Source: Octopus vulgaris
Lineage: Eukaryota
NCBI GenBank assembly: GCA_951406725.2
Contig: OX597820.1
Coordinates: 117,676,001-117,740,000 of the forward strand
Direction: 5' to 3'
Length of the DNA: 64,000 nt
Positions 12,387 to 25,912 of this stretch are shown in pieces (position 1 is the stretch's first letter; each line of letters opens with the position of its first letter). The translations under genes were made by a program, and so were the position numbers. Below the pieces are notes generated by a model. The model had not been told where the DNA came from. It searched no databases and worked only from the letters and a program-made list of their open reading frames with translations.

Positions 12387-14273
12387 TTTGGTGTGACCAC
12401 CCCTACTTTCAATGACTGCATTAAGTCTTCTGGGCATAGGGTCAACTAAATTTCTGCAAATAATCGATGAAATTGACCTCCATTCGTCCTGAATGATGTC
12501 TTTCAACTATGTTACATTGTGGGGTTTTTGTCCTCAACCTTCCTTTTCAAAACACCCCATTATTTATCGGGTTTAAATCAGGTGACATGGTAGGCCATGG
12601 CAATGCCTTTACCTTTTTATCTGACAAAAACTTACTCATCATCTTTGAATATGTTTAACCTTTCGTTACTCTTTTACTTGTTTCAGTCATTTGACTGCGG
12701 CCATGCTGGAGCACCGCCTTTAATCGAGCAACTCGACCCCGGGACTTATTCTTTTGTAAGCCCAGTACTTATTCTATCGGTCTCTTTTGCCGAACTGCTA
12801 AGTAACGGGGACATAAACACACCAGCATCGGTTGTCAAGCAATGCTAGGGGGACAAACACAGACACACAAACATACACACACACATATATATACGATGGG
12901 CTTCTTTCAGTTTCCGTCTACCAAATCCACTCACAAGGCTTTGGTCGGCCCGAGGCTATAGTAGAAGACACTTGCCCAAGGTGCCACACAGTGGGACCGA
13001 ACCCGGAAGCATGTGGTTGGTAAACAAGCTACTTACCACACAGCCAGTCCTGCACCTGTATTTACTGTATTTATTTTGAGATGCTCTGTGTTTCTTTCAA
13101 TTAATTTTAAATATCACAAAGAATTTAGTAAAATAACTTAGTTATCATTAAGCTAGTGTTAGGAATGTAAATTGTGACTAAGGTTTAGGGGAAGATTTTA
13201 ATTCAAAACTTATGAAAACAAGACATTTGTGCTACAGACCAGAGCCGGTTTCAGCCGGGTTGGTAATGAAAGGGTTAAGATCATTATCATGTTGGAACAT
13301 GGAATGCTTCCTAGTTCCTCGATGCTTTTCAACATTGTTTTCTGCAATATGTCACAATAAAGCCTTGAATCCAGCGTGAGTCTTCCCACACCAGTGAGTC
13401 CTCCCCAAAGCATAACACTTCTGCCACCATGTTTCACAGTAGGTTCAGTGCATTTGTCCCTATTGTCTTCACCTGGTTGTTGCCCTACTCATTTAATTCC
13501 ATCTGACCCAAGCAAGTTGATTTTAGTCTCGTCTTTATTCCCAAACTCCTTCCCCTGACTCACATAGGTTTCGGCAAAAGAAAGACGACTTGATTTATGC
13601 CTGGTCATGAGGAGAGGCTTCCTACAAGGAACGCATCCATAAAGACCACACTGGTTCAAACTTCAGCAATCAGTTTGGGTGGATAAACTCTTGTCACTAA
13701 CAAAAGACACCTCTTGGGCCAAAGACGAAGTGGTACGACACCTGTCGTCCAGCATCCAACGTTGGATGTGGCAAATATTACGCACAGTCAACCTGGATGA
13801 TGTTTATGGCTCAGCTGTCCAGTAGCTTTGTACTTCTGAATTACTTTGGCAATTGTGTTTACGCCAATATGTATTTGTTTGCTAATTAATTTGTATCCTA
13901 AACCATTTTTGTGCAAATTAAAAATAATTTCCTTCGAAACTTCAGACAATCCTTTTCCTTTTGGTGCCATTTTAATTACAATGAAGAAGATTTTCACCAT
14001 GGTACACAAATCAGAATTCCTGCAGATGCAATAACAATGACCAGTGCAAAAATACCAGGAGAGATAATATATTAGAATTGAAATTATTAGCAAGATCTGA
14101 ATTTAGTAAAAAAAAAAAAAAAAATTGGATAAAATATTGAATATAGCAAATAATCCTTCAGGGTGAACATATTTTTGTATTGTTTGAAAATTGATATTTC
14201 GTTCATATCTTTGAAAATATTTATTGTTTTGTGTTCCAAATTTCTATAATGTTTGCATGTATAATATATTTTA

Positions 14274-14659
14274 TCTCTCTATATATAAACGGCAGTTTGT
14301 CTGTGTGTGTTTCTGTGTGTCTGTTAGGTTGTACCCTCACCCTGACCATGGCTTTCAACCGATTCTGATGAAACTTGACACACACATAGCCCAATGTCAT
14401 AATTCAAAACTAACGCAGCGAAAATTTTGAAAAGTTCCCCCAGTTCTGAAAAAAAATCGATAAATTCGACAGGGGGTCGAGAATCAGAAACACAAACCAC
14501 AGACTGTCTAGGGGACGCAACTCGACCTTTTTTACTCTCAAAAAAAAATTTACCATAAATTTTTTTCCATTTTTTGGCTATTTTTTGGCTATAACTTTCT
14601 AAAAATGCTTTATAGTTATTTCCCTTACAAACCCGAGCAACGCCGGGCGATACTGCTAG
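14274..14659 (+). mobile_element. Non-autonomous Helitron
   Basis: A|TCTCTCTATATATAAACGGCAG...CCCGAGCAACGCCGGGCGATACTGCTAG|T. Confidence 0.8.
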
Positions 14660-14758
14660 TTTAGTATAAATTTTGTTTGATTTCCTTCAATATTATCAGG
14701 ATAATGGCAAGTTTACCGATATTTTTAGGAGTGTATACTTCCATGAGATACTATATAA

Positions 14759-14799
<41 letters not shown>

Positions 14800-15558
14800 T
14801 GTATATACATATGTTAGCAGCAGCAGCATTTCAACATCCACTTTTCCATGTTTGTAAGGGTCACATGGAATTTGGTGAGGCAGATTTTCAATTGGCAAAT
14901 GCCCTTCCAGTCACCAACTCTCACCTGCTACTATCAGTTTTCATCCACCAAATCTACTCACAAGGCCTTGGTTGACCTAGGTTTATAGTAGAAGACACTT
15001 GCACCAAGGTACCACACAATGGGACTGAACCTGAATCCATGTGGTTGGGGAGCAAACTTCTTACCACACAGCCACTCCTGCACGTATACATATATATTGG
15101 CGAGCTGGCAGACACGTTAGTGCACCGGGTGAAATGCTTAGCGGTATTTCGTCTGCCATTACGTTGTGAGTTCAAATTCTGTCGAGGTCAACTTTGCCTT
15201 TCATCCTTTCAGGGTCAATAAGTTAAATACAAGTTACTCACTGGGTCAATGTCATCGACTTAATTCCTTTGTCTGTCCTTGTTTGTCCTCTCTATGTTTA
15301 GCCCCTTGTGGGCAATAAAGAAATATATATATATATAATAATAATAATTGAAGAAAAGAAGGATAATAATGCCCCTTGTTAAAAATCAAAGTGATATAAA
15401 TACACACACACACACACACACATATATATATCATTTGTAGAAATACATAAATCTGGAGAAGCACACCCAGTAGTGTTTGGGGTCTGAAGATACTTTGTAG
15501 GGCTAAACCCCTTATGAGTGAGAAACCCAGGGTAACCCCATAAACCAGCCTACCCCAC

Positions 15559-15603
<45 letters not shown>

Positions 15604-15692
15604 AAGAATTCATGAAAAAAGCAAAAGACGAAGACAGGTGGTGTAGAAAACAAATAGATGTATTAGTATAACGCTCGGGAGATTGAAAAAGT

Positions 15693-15728
15693 CTTTAATG
15701 TTTCGAGCCTATGCTCTTCCACAGAAAG
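15693..15728 (-). ncRNA. Degenerate minimal hammerhead-like motif
   Basis: CTTT CTGTGGA AGAGC-ATAG-GCTC GAAA CAT T AAAG. Core is mutated; same repeat family as 31966-32000. Confidence 0.4.
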
Positions 15729-16311
15729 GAACACAGAAAGAAACAAGGAGAGAAACAAGGAAAGAAAAAAATGAGTGCAGTGACTATCAATCTATCATGG
15801 TGAATGCAGGACAGCAGGGTCACATAGGAGATCTAAGAAGTAGGGGAGATAACAAAGTAGTAGTGATCCCAAAACGAAGGTGCGCATGTGTGTAAGAGAG
15901 TATGTATGTGCATATATATATATATATATATATCATCGTCATCATCATCGTTTAACATTGGCTTTCCATGATAGCATGAGTTGGACGATTTGACTGAGGG
16001 CTGGCAAACCAGATGGCTGCACCAGGCTCCAATCTTGATCTGGCAGAGTTTCTACAGCTGGATGCTTTTCCTCACGCCAACCACTCCAAGAGTGTAGTGG
16101 GTGCTTTTATGTGCCACCAGCATGAGGGCCTGTCAGGCAGTACTGGCAACGACCACGCTCGAATCATTTTACACATGCCACCGGCCAGTAAGGCGACATT
16201 GATAACAATCATGCTCGAATGGTGCCCTTTTACGTGCCACCGGCATGGAAGCCAGTTGGCTGCTCTGGCAATGATCGCGCTCGGATGGTGCTCTTTGCAC
16301 CCTACTTAGCA

Positions 16312-16352
<41 letters not shown>

Positions 16353-16360
<8 letters not shown>

Positions 16361-16558
16361 ATGTTACATTACTCGGTAGTCAAGATAAAACTCTGAGTTT
16401 CAGATGCCGAAGTGGAAATCCACAACACCATCTCTTCGGTTATCTGGCTATTTTCTAAAATAGCCAGATAACCGAAGAGATGGTGTTGTGGATTTCCACT
16501 TCGGCATCTGAAACTCAGAGTTTTATCTTGACTACCGAGTAATGTAACATATTGTATA
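16353..16558. repeat. Perfect ~200-bp palindrome
   Basis: Arms of ~100 bp are exact reverse complements around a 2-nt centre (GGCTATTTT-CT-AAAATAGCC). Confidence 0.9.
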
Positions 16559-18028
16559 GATAAATTTCCTCTATTTACATAATATTGAGGTCTCTTTCTT
16601 TCTTTTGTTATCTTACCGTTTTATCAATATATATATAAATACACACACATACACTCATACATTCACATACACACATGTTATTGCCAATATTGCTGAAAGA
16701 ATCTTAAATGTTAAACACGTTTTGTGTGTCTTCTTTTGGTGGAGAAATCTGACGATGAATTGTTATTCTCTCTCCAAAGAATTCAACATCAGAAGAGTCT
16801 GCAATGGATTCTATATTCTTCTTTTACATAATCTTGTCTGTTACCTACTGGTTCCAAATTTACCATTCTCAGCAGAAACTTCCATCTTAGAACATTAAAT
16901 AAACATTTTCTAATCCATCAGATAAGAATTTATAATGCTCAAACTCTATTTTTAAGTCAGCAAATTGGATTCTTAATTATTTTATTTCTGTCATTATTTT
17001 TAGTTTTTATGTATTTGTTTTCATTTTGATTCAATTAAAAATAGCAAAAATCCAATTTAGGAATAGTCATTAACAAAATAATTTTTTTTTTTTTTTAATG
17101 TTTAAAAATCAACAACAGAGACATACCAAAAAAACTCCATATTTTTAACTTAAAGTGATTTCCAAAATAGAAAGGCGAAAAAAAAAAAACAGAAATATAA
17201 AAAAATTATGAAAAAAAGGAGAAAAACCTAATTCTTCTATTATGTCTTCAAAATGGATTCTGTTCCAGAAAATTCTTGAACAAACGAAAAAGCATGCGAA
17301 TAATCTCAGAAGAGATCGTAAATGCAGATTCCATTTTAAGTTGTGCAATTGAGTTTTATTATTTTAGCTTACTGATTCTGAAGATTTGACAGAATCTCTT
17401 GGTATTTATGAAATTCGTTCTTATCTGTAGCTTAACTTGATCTTTACTTAAATTAGGAAAAAAAATTTTCTTTATTCTTGTTACATTTCTCCTTTTTTTC
17501 TTCTTCTTCTTCCCTTTTTTTTTTACTTCTTATTATTATTATCATTATTATTATTATTATCATTATTATTATTTAGAAAAAGGCAGTAAGCTGGCAGAAT
17601 TATTAGCACACCGGACGAAATGCTTAGTAGTATTTCATCTGCCGCTATGTTCTGAGTTCAAATTCAACTTTGCCTTTTATCCTTTCAGGGTCAATAAAAT
17701 AAGTACCAGTTGCATACTGGGGTCATTGTAATTAACTCATTGCCACCTCCCACAAGCTGCTCTTGTGGCAAAATTTTGAAATAATCATTATAATTATTCA
17801 GAAAGTGGCAGCAAGCTGGCAGAGTTGTTACCCCACCAGACAAAATGGCAAAATGTTTAAAGACATTTCTTCCAGAACTTTTTCACCAGGGTTGACTTCA
17901 TCTGTCTTCCTTCCAGGGTTGACAAAATAAGTACCAGTTGAGCTGGGATCAATGTAATTGACATGACCCACCACCCTTAAAACTTTCAGGACTTCTACAT
18001 ATAGCAGAAAAGATTATTGTTATTATTG

Positions 18029-18076
<48 letters not shown>

Positions 18077-18081
<5 letters not shown>

Positions 18082-18431
18082 TCTGCCTTAGCGAAGGCAG
18101 AGGCATTGTTTTCATGTTTGTCTGTCTGTGGACAAGATATCTCAAGAGCTGCTGCATGGATTCGGATGAAACTTCCAGGGATGTTTGGCCCCATGACTAA
18201 CATGAACTGATTAGATTTTGGGATCAATCTGGCCCCAGACAAAGATTTTGGATTATTTTTTCTGGGTTTTTTACTTAATTTTTGAGAGAGGTAGAGTTCA
18301 TTTTTAGTATCCTCGTTTGGGAGAGCAGTCAAGATTATTTCAGATATTCTCGTTTTAAAAATCGTCTCAAGCTAATCGTTGAGAGGATGTTGGTGTTGCC
18401 TTGGCAGAGATTTGCGCTCTGTGAGTGCTCT
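18077..18431 (+). mobile_element. Helentron-associated (HINE/DINE-1-like) element
   Basis: 5' subTIR hairpin TTACCTCTGCC..GGCAGAGG, GTCT microsatellite, 3' GGCAGAG plus hairpin GCGCTCTGTGAGTGC, in a T-rich site. Confidence 0.55.
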
Positions 18432-18666
18432 TATTATTATTATTATTATTATTTTCATTATAAAGTTGGGAAGCTGGCAGAATCGTTAGCATGCTGGACG
18501 AAATGCTTAGCGGTATTTCACTCATCACTACATTCTGAGTTCAAATTCCGCCGAGGTTGACTTTGCCTTTCATCTTTTCAGGGTTGATAGAATAAGTACC
18601 AGTGAAACTCAGGGGTCGACTAGTCCCCTCCCCACAAATTGGAGGCCTTGTGCCTTTAGTAGAAAG

Positions 18667-18702
<36 letters not shown>

Positions 18703-19773
18703 GGTGGCAATCAGGCTGAACTGTTAATGAACTGAACTGCATGGCAGCAGTTTCTCGCGACTCTTTATGTTTGAGTTCCAATGTCACCAAGGTCAACTTT
18801 GCCTTCCACCCTTTCAGGGTTGATAAAATAAAGTACCAATAGAGTACCAGGGTCAACAATTGACTGTCACCAACACACACACACACACACACACCACTTC
18901 CCCCCAGAAAGGCAAGTTAAAGACTTGAAGTAACAAAATTGTCAACAAGGAGCAGGAATGGTTAGGGTTGCAATAAAACTTAGTGCTATGGTAGCAGGAG
19001 TGAATGAGTAAGGGGAGGAGGAAGAGGGAGAGAAGGGGAGGGGAAGGGGGAGGAGACAAACTTCACTCACAAATTTTTTCAAACATACAACAGCAGGAGT
19101 GACTGTGTGGTAAAGTAGCTTGTTTACCAACCACATGGTTCCGGGTTCAGTCCCACTGCGTGGCACCTTGGGCAAGTGTCTTCTACTATAGCCTCGGGCC
19201 GACCAATGCCTTGTGAGTGGATTTGGTAGACAGGAACTGAAAGAAGCCCGTCGTATATATGTATATATATATATATATATATATGCATGTGTGTGTTTGT
19301 GTGTCTGTGTTTGTTCCCCTGGCATTGCTTGACAACCGATGCTGGTGTGATTATGTCCCCGTTACTAAGCGGTTCGGCAAAAGAGACCAATAGAATAAGT
19401 ACTGGGCTTACAAAAGAATAAGTCCCGGGGTCGAGTTGCTCGATTAAAGGCGGTGCTCCAGCATGGCCACAGTCAAATGACTGAAACAAGTAAAAGAGTA
19501 AAAGAGAGAGAGAGATATGTGTCTGTGTTTGTATGTCTGTGTGTCTAGCAAAGACACGTGGCTTAAAGTTGCTTAAAGTATTCGGCTCACAGTCATAAGG
19601 TCATGAGTTCAATTCCTGGTGGCCCTTGTTCTATTTGAGCAAGTCACTTTATTTCGTTTTGCCCCAATCATCCAGCTGACAAAAATGGGTTGTCATTCAA
19701 AGGGGCCAGCCTCGTCACATTCTGCGTCACATTGAATCTCCCTGAGAACTACCTTAAGGGTATATGCATCTAA

Positions 19774-20005
19774 AGGCGGCGAGCTGGCAGAAACGTTAGC
19801 ACTCCAGGCGAAATGCGTAGCTGCATTTCGTCTGCCGTTACGTTCTGAGTTCAAATTCCGCTGAGGTCGACTTTGCCTTTCATCCTTTTGGGGTCGATAA
19901 ATTAAGTACCAGTTACGTACTGGAGTCGATGTAATCGGCTTAATCCGTTTGTCTGTCCTTGTTTGTCCTCTCTGTGTTTAGCCCCTTGTGGGTAGTAAAG
20001 AAATA
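19774..20005 (+). mobile_element. tRNA-headed SINE with Meta-domain-like core
   Basis: GGCGGCGAGCTGGCAGAAACG...GAGTTCAAATTCC...AGGTCGACTTTGCCTTTCATCCTTT.GGGGTCGATAAA.TAAGTACC. Copies at ~15098, 17580, 18468, 25348, 28385, 36635. Confidence 0.75.
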
Positions 20006-20177
20006 GGTATACACATCTGCGGAGTACTCAGCCACTTGCATGTTAATTTCACAAGCAAGCTGTTTTGCTGGTAAAATTAACTGGAACACTCGTCGTTGTA
20101 ACTGACAGAGTGTTTGTTATGTATGTATGTGTGACTATAAATATTAAGAGATCAAATGAATGCATATGTGTGTGTGT

Positions 20178-20208
<31 letters not shown>

Positions 20209-21329
20209 AGCATTTGCATATCTTTGACTGTTTTCTGCAATTGTGATAAACTGATAAAGCATTGTGTCAAAACAAAAGTAACTTTGTCATGTATTACTCG
20301 ACCCAAGCTGCATAAATACTCTCTTATCACTCTTGCCATTACAAATGCTGTGAACCAGCTGCTGCTGTAGTCTTATCAGAAACCAATGACTTGATTGTTC
20401 ACAAAATGCACAGCAAACAACAGCAACAACAACAATAAGTTGGATTTGTTTGCTTCCCCTCTTAATCTACACAAACATTCAATTCTACCCAGCTGACTCT
20501 GACCCATCTTAATTTAATCTAACTCCATTTGATTCAATTATAATTTACTGCATGTCCCTTCTCTCTTCCTTTTGTCACTGTGTAAAACCCACCTAAGTCG
20601 CCTATCTCTCTTCATTATTGCTATGATTCTGACATTGTCCTGATAGATATCTACCTATTCCATCCTATCTTCTCCATCTCATTAAAGTTTGCTTGTAGCC
20701 CGAGCTGTTGCATTCTGTTTTGGAAACCGCCAGCATGGCTTCCATTTCCCAATGTTTGCGCTTTCATTTCCTGATGTTTCCGTATCCACCGTGTGCCCAC
20801 CCTTGCCTGCCACCATCATCTATACCAGAAACCTTTCACGGCAACCACTTTCTCCCACCTCCATCAGTACTGGCTCCCACCTTGCTGCAACACAAACACT
20901 GTAGCTTGTTAGTTTGTACCAAAGAATACAAAACTGAACATGACTATGCTTGTACTTAGTTTCATTGTTTTGTTAATTAATCAGCTAATTATCCATACAT
21001 AATGAATTAACTACCCTTATCTTATCTATTTACCTAACTTACCTGTCCTTGTATTAACATTCCTTTGTACTAATGCTGGTATATGGCACCCGCCACCAAC
21101 GAAGGTGACAATAATTAATGCATGTATTTACTTGTATCTCTACTAACACTGCTTGTACTAATGCTGGAATAGCACTGACCTCCAGTGGAGGCAGCAGTGT
21201 AACATGAATGATGGTGGATTAAATGTGAGGACAACTGCTATGACATGTCTGTTAACAAACACTCGTTACAACCTTCTTTTCAGATGCCAAGAGTCACAGT
21301 TCCCCATCCTCATGTTACCACCTGCCTCC

Positions 21330-22180
21330 TCTTACACTCCATCAGAGTTGGCACTATCAATGTAGGCACATTGAAAGGTAGGTTTGGTGAGATTGGTGAA
21401 ATGCTTGAATAGAGACATGTTGATGTGTGTTGCATCCAAGAAGTGAGATGGAGTGGGGCTTCAGCCAGGTTCCTCACTAGCAAAAGGCATAGGTATAAAT
21501 TCTTCTGAAAGGGCAATGGAGTAGGAGCTCTAGCAGAGGAATGGGTAAATAAGGTAACTGAGGTAGCCAAAGTATGTGCTGGAGTACATAAGCTTAAACT
21601 AATTTTGCAGATTAGCACACCTTAACCAGGTCTGTCAGATGAACAAAAGGACTGCTTTTATGGCGCTCTTTTGCAGGCTACCTCAAAGACAAATGATAGT
21701 GACCCTATGCTGAATTCAAAGGACATGTTGGACAACACCCAGGGTGTCTTCCATAAGGTACATAGAGGGGTGGTGGTGGTGGTGGTGGAGGAGGAGGGGT
21801 GGTGGTGGTGGTGGAGGAGGAGGAGGCGGAGGAGGAGGAGTTATAGAAATGTGACATAGAGAATAACTGGAAGTTCTAACGAAACAACTTACTGAGAGCC
21901 ACTGAACAAATTTGTGGTTGGTGCTGAGTCCTGGCCAGACCTTGAGTGACATGGTGGCAGAACAGTGCAGTTTGACAGGGCCATTAGAGAAAAGAAACAG
22001 GCTTTTGGGAGCAATGGAAAGGTGGTGGTAGCAAGAAACTGTATCGGATAATTAGAAGGCAGGTATACTCAGCCATGGAAGAAGCAGAAAGGAAGAAGTT
22101 TGCCAATGTTCTGCAACATGAGGACCAGCAGCTTGAAGTGTTTCAGTTTGCAAGGAAAATGGTGATGCGGGAGAGAAGTG
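21330..22180 (+). mobile_element. RTE LINE fossil (APE endonuclease region)
   Basis: IRVGTINVGTLKGR...VDVCCIQEVRWSG motif with stops and deletions. Confidence 0.75.
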
Positions 22181-23184
22181 TGTTCATATAAATGATGGCT
22201 CATTTCTTTTCTTTTTTCTTTTACTTTTTTCAGTCATCTGACTGCGGCCATGCTGGAGCACTGCCTTTAGTCGAGCAAATCGACCCTGGGACTTATTCTT
22301 TGTAAGCCCAGTACTTATTCTATTGGTCTCTTTTTGCCGAACCGCTAAGTGATGGGGACGCAAACACACCAGCAACGGTTGTCAAGCAATGCTAGGGGGA
22401 CAAACACAGACACACAAACATATACACACACACTTACATATATATACATATATACAACAGGCTTCTTTCAGTTTCCGTCAACCAAATCCACTCACAAGGC
22501 ATTGGTCGGCCCGAGGCTATAGCAGAAGACACTTGCCCAAGATGCCACGCAGTGGGACTGAACCCGGAACCATGTGGTTGGTTAGCAAGCTACTTACCAC
22601 ACAGCCACTCCTGTGCCTATTTGCAGTTACTCTGCAAAGAAAGGGGCTTGGAAGTGCCATTACGAAAGGCTGCTAAATGTAGAGAGCTCATGGGAGAAGG
22701 AGAGTCTGCTTAAAGTGGATCCATCTGAGGGGCCAGCAATAAAATAAATATAAACAAAATTAATTTAGGAAAAGAATAAGGAGCAGATGTGGCTGTGTGG
22801 TTCAGAAGCTTGCTTCTCAACCATGAGATCTTGGGTTCAGTCCCACTGTGTGGCACACTGGGTAAGCGTCTTCCACTATAGCCCCAAACTGACCAAAGCC
22901 TTGTGAAGGGGCCTGGTAGATGGAAACTGAAAGAAGTCCATCATGTGTGTGCGCGTGTGCGTATGTGTGTTTCCACCATCAATTGACAACCAGTGTTGGT
23001 TTGTTTATGGTTCCATAACTTAGCAGTTTGGCAAAATAGATTGATAGAATAAGTGCCATACTTGAAAAAGTGGTTATTGGTCAACTAAACCCATTGAGAT
23101 TGTGCCAGTCCACAGTCCAATAACAAATAAACAATAAAAACAATTATATATAATACATATAAAAGTCATAAATCTATGGCTTAC

Positions 23185-23314
23185 TTGTTTTTCTTGCGAG
23201 GTCCCTTCAAAAGTGTCGGGCATGATGTGACCAAGAATAGCAAATTGATCAACGCCGTCTTTTAATATAGTGACCAAATATATGGACTCCAAGCTTTTGA
23301 TTTTCACAGTGGAA
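23185..23314 (-). CDS. IQCG: IQCG/DRC9 coding exon 2
   Basis: ttttgtttttag|...|gtaagc, 130 nt, phase 2 to phase 0. STVKIKSLESIYLVTILKDGVDQFAILGHIMPDTFEGTSQEKQ resembles human IQCG '[24 protein letters not shown]' as recalled. Confidence 0.8.
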
Positions 23315-23440
23315 CTAAAAACAAAATAACAAAAAGTAAAACAGAGATGTTATCGGAGTAAAGATTATTTGCCAACATAACATGGCAGTCTTGATTTAGG
23401 ACGAATGTTGCTGTAATTTAGCCCCAGGAGAAATCATCTC

Positions 23441-23645
23441 CAGGTGGTTATACAACATGATCTGTGTCCTTATATTTTCGGACAAGGGAAGCTAGCACCA
23501 CCTCTAGCCAAACAAATATTCTGTGCCGACAAAGGGAAATAACCCGGAAATCATGATACACTGATATTGTTTTGAGCTGAGTGGGGGTGCTAGATTTCCT
23601 TGTTCGAAAATATAAGGACACAGATCGTGTCGTATAGCCAGCTGT
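23441..23645. mobile_element. Fold-back/MITE-like inverted repeat
   Basis: GATCTGTGTCCTTATATTTTCGGACAAGG...CCTTGTTCGAAAATATAAGGACACAGATC. Confidence 0.7.
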
Positions 23646-23752
23646 AGACAATGTCCCCTGCAAAGACAACCCCGATTTTACTTAACTTGGTGTCCTCTCA
23701 AGCACAGCAAAGCACCAGGAGCCTGGATCCCCTATCATCCCCTCTGTGAAGC

Positions 23753-23810
<58 letters not shown>

Positions 23811-23827
23811 ACATACATATACATACA

Positions 23828-24671
23828 TCTACTAAACATGTAGGAAATTCTGTCTGTGGGTGTGTTTGTGGAGTTGTTGGCTAACTCCTCCTACATCGTT
23901 ATATTCATTTTGATGAAACTTGACACGTGACTAGAACTCATGTCTGAAAACCTCATGGCATACTCAGATTGTTTAAAATAATCGATAATAGGGCCCCTAG
24001 AAGGGATCCTTCTCTATAGCCAAGGGAAATAACTCATTCATTTTCCTAAATGATTTGGTAAAAATGAAATTGAGTATACTTATTTCTTAGTATTTGAACT
24101 ATTAGAGTTATTTTCGCAATTCATCCAGTACAACCCTTAAACAAGTATATAGTATTTTCCTAAACAACAGATCCCCTTATTTCAGTAAGTGACTTATTCA
24201 TGAATATACCAACACTAGTGCCCTTGAGGGTAATCTTCTCTGGGAATGCACAAAAGCCCTATTCTGAGTTATTTACTCTGAATTCTTATCATCTCATATC
24301 TGATTAGCCTGTTATTACGTAGCATGCTTCACGATTTTAGTATGCATACCTTATTAGTATTTCCTCCTAAGTTCTATATACTCTGAGAATGCATTAAAGC
24401 CCTTTTCGGGGTTACTTTATCTGAATTCTTACTATCAGGTAACTAATTTCATGTTATTACATAACTGACTTCCCAATTTGGTTAGTCATAACTTATTGGA
24501 ATTCCTAAAAGCACGATCCTGTCCAAGATAGTTCGGTATTCTCTGTAAATGCAAAAAAACTGTTTTAAGGGCTACATATTTTGTATTGTTATTAGATTAG
24601 TGAAACAATTATGAGAATGGAACCAAGGCATCAGCCCCGCTTTCCCAGGAATTACCGGGTACATCAGCTAG
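23828..24671 (+). mobile_element. Non-autonomous Helitron with internal ~145-bp degenerate tandem repeats
   Basis: A|TCTACTAA...CCCAGGAATTACCGGG-TACATCAGCTAG|T. Internal repeats CTCTG.GAATGCA..AAAGCCC at ~24238, 24381, 24541. Confidence 0.65.
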
Positions 24672-25106
24672 TACATATATATATATATATATATATACTC
24701 TTACTCTTTTACTTGTTTCAGCCATTTGACAGTGGCCATGCTGGACCCAGGGACTTATTCTTTGTAAGCCCAGCACTTATTCTATCGGTCTCTTTTGCCG
24801 AACCACTAAGTGACTGGGACGTAAACACACCAGCATCGGTTGTCAAGCAATGCTAGGGGGACAAACACAGACACACACACATATATATACATATATACGA
24901 CAGGCTTCTTTCAGTTTCCGTCTACCAAATCCACTCACAAGGCATTGGTCGGCCTGGGGCAATAGCAGAAGACACTTGCCCAAGATGCCACGCAGTGGGA
25001 CTGAACCCAGAACCATGTGATTGGTTAGCAAGCTACTTACCACACAGCCACTATATATATATATATATATATATATAGATATAGATATCTATATATATAT
25101 ATATAT

Positions 25107-25137
<31 letters not shown>

Positions 25138-25570
25138 TATATATATATATAGATAGATATCAAAAGGATGTGTTATAATACTATTCCACATATACAAAAA
25201 CAGCCCCATGGATATCATTATGGTTTCGCCATCTGGGCAGTACCATTCACTCTGGCGGTGTCAACAGCACTAAAAGAAGTGCTGTTTGGGAACAAAACAC
25301 ACTCACACATATGTGTGTGTGTGTGTGTGTATATATATGCATATATAGGCGAGCTGGTAGAAACGTTAGCACGCTGGGCGAAATGCTTAGCAGTATTTCG
25401 TCTGTCGTTACATTCCGAGTTCAAATTCCGCCGAGGTCGACTTTGCCTTTCATCCTTTCAGGGTCAATAAATTAAGTACCAGTTACGCACTGGGGTCGAT
25501 GTAGTCGACTTAATCCCTTTGTCTGTCCTTGTTTGTCCCCTCTGCGTTTAGCCCCTTGTGGGTAGTAAAG

Positions 25571-25614
<44 letters not shown>

Positions 25615-25878
25615 GTGTGTCTTTGTGTTTGGGTTTGTCTCTCCACCACTGCTTTTGATGACTGGTGTTGGTTTGTTTACATCGCTGTAACTTAGCAGCT
25701 TAGCTAAAAGAGATTGATAGAATAAATACCAGGCTTTAAAAAGAAATCTAAGAACTGGGGTTGATTTGTTCACCTAAAATTCATGAAGGCAGAGCCCCAG
25801 CATGGCTGCAGTCCAATGAGTGAAACAAGTAGAAGATAAAAGGACACACAATTTTGTTGTTTTAAGTAATTCTAACAA

Positions 25879-25912
<34 letters not shown>

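Larger units (their letters stand above)
11789..14735 (-). mobile_element. Tc1-like transposon fossil with ~215-bp TIRs and nested insertions
   Basis: Left TIR ~11789-12003 is the reverse complement of ~14135-14735 once the Helitron is removed. Transposase fragments MAPKGKGLSEVSKEIIFNLHKNGLGYKLISKQIHI (HTH) and KHGGRSVMLWG. Confidence 0.85.
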
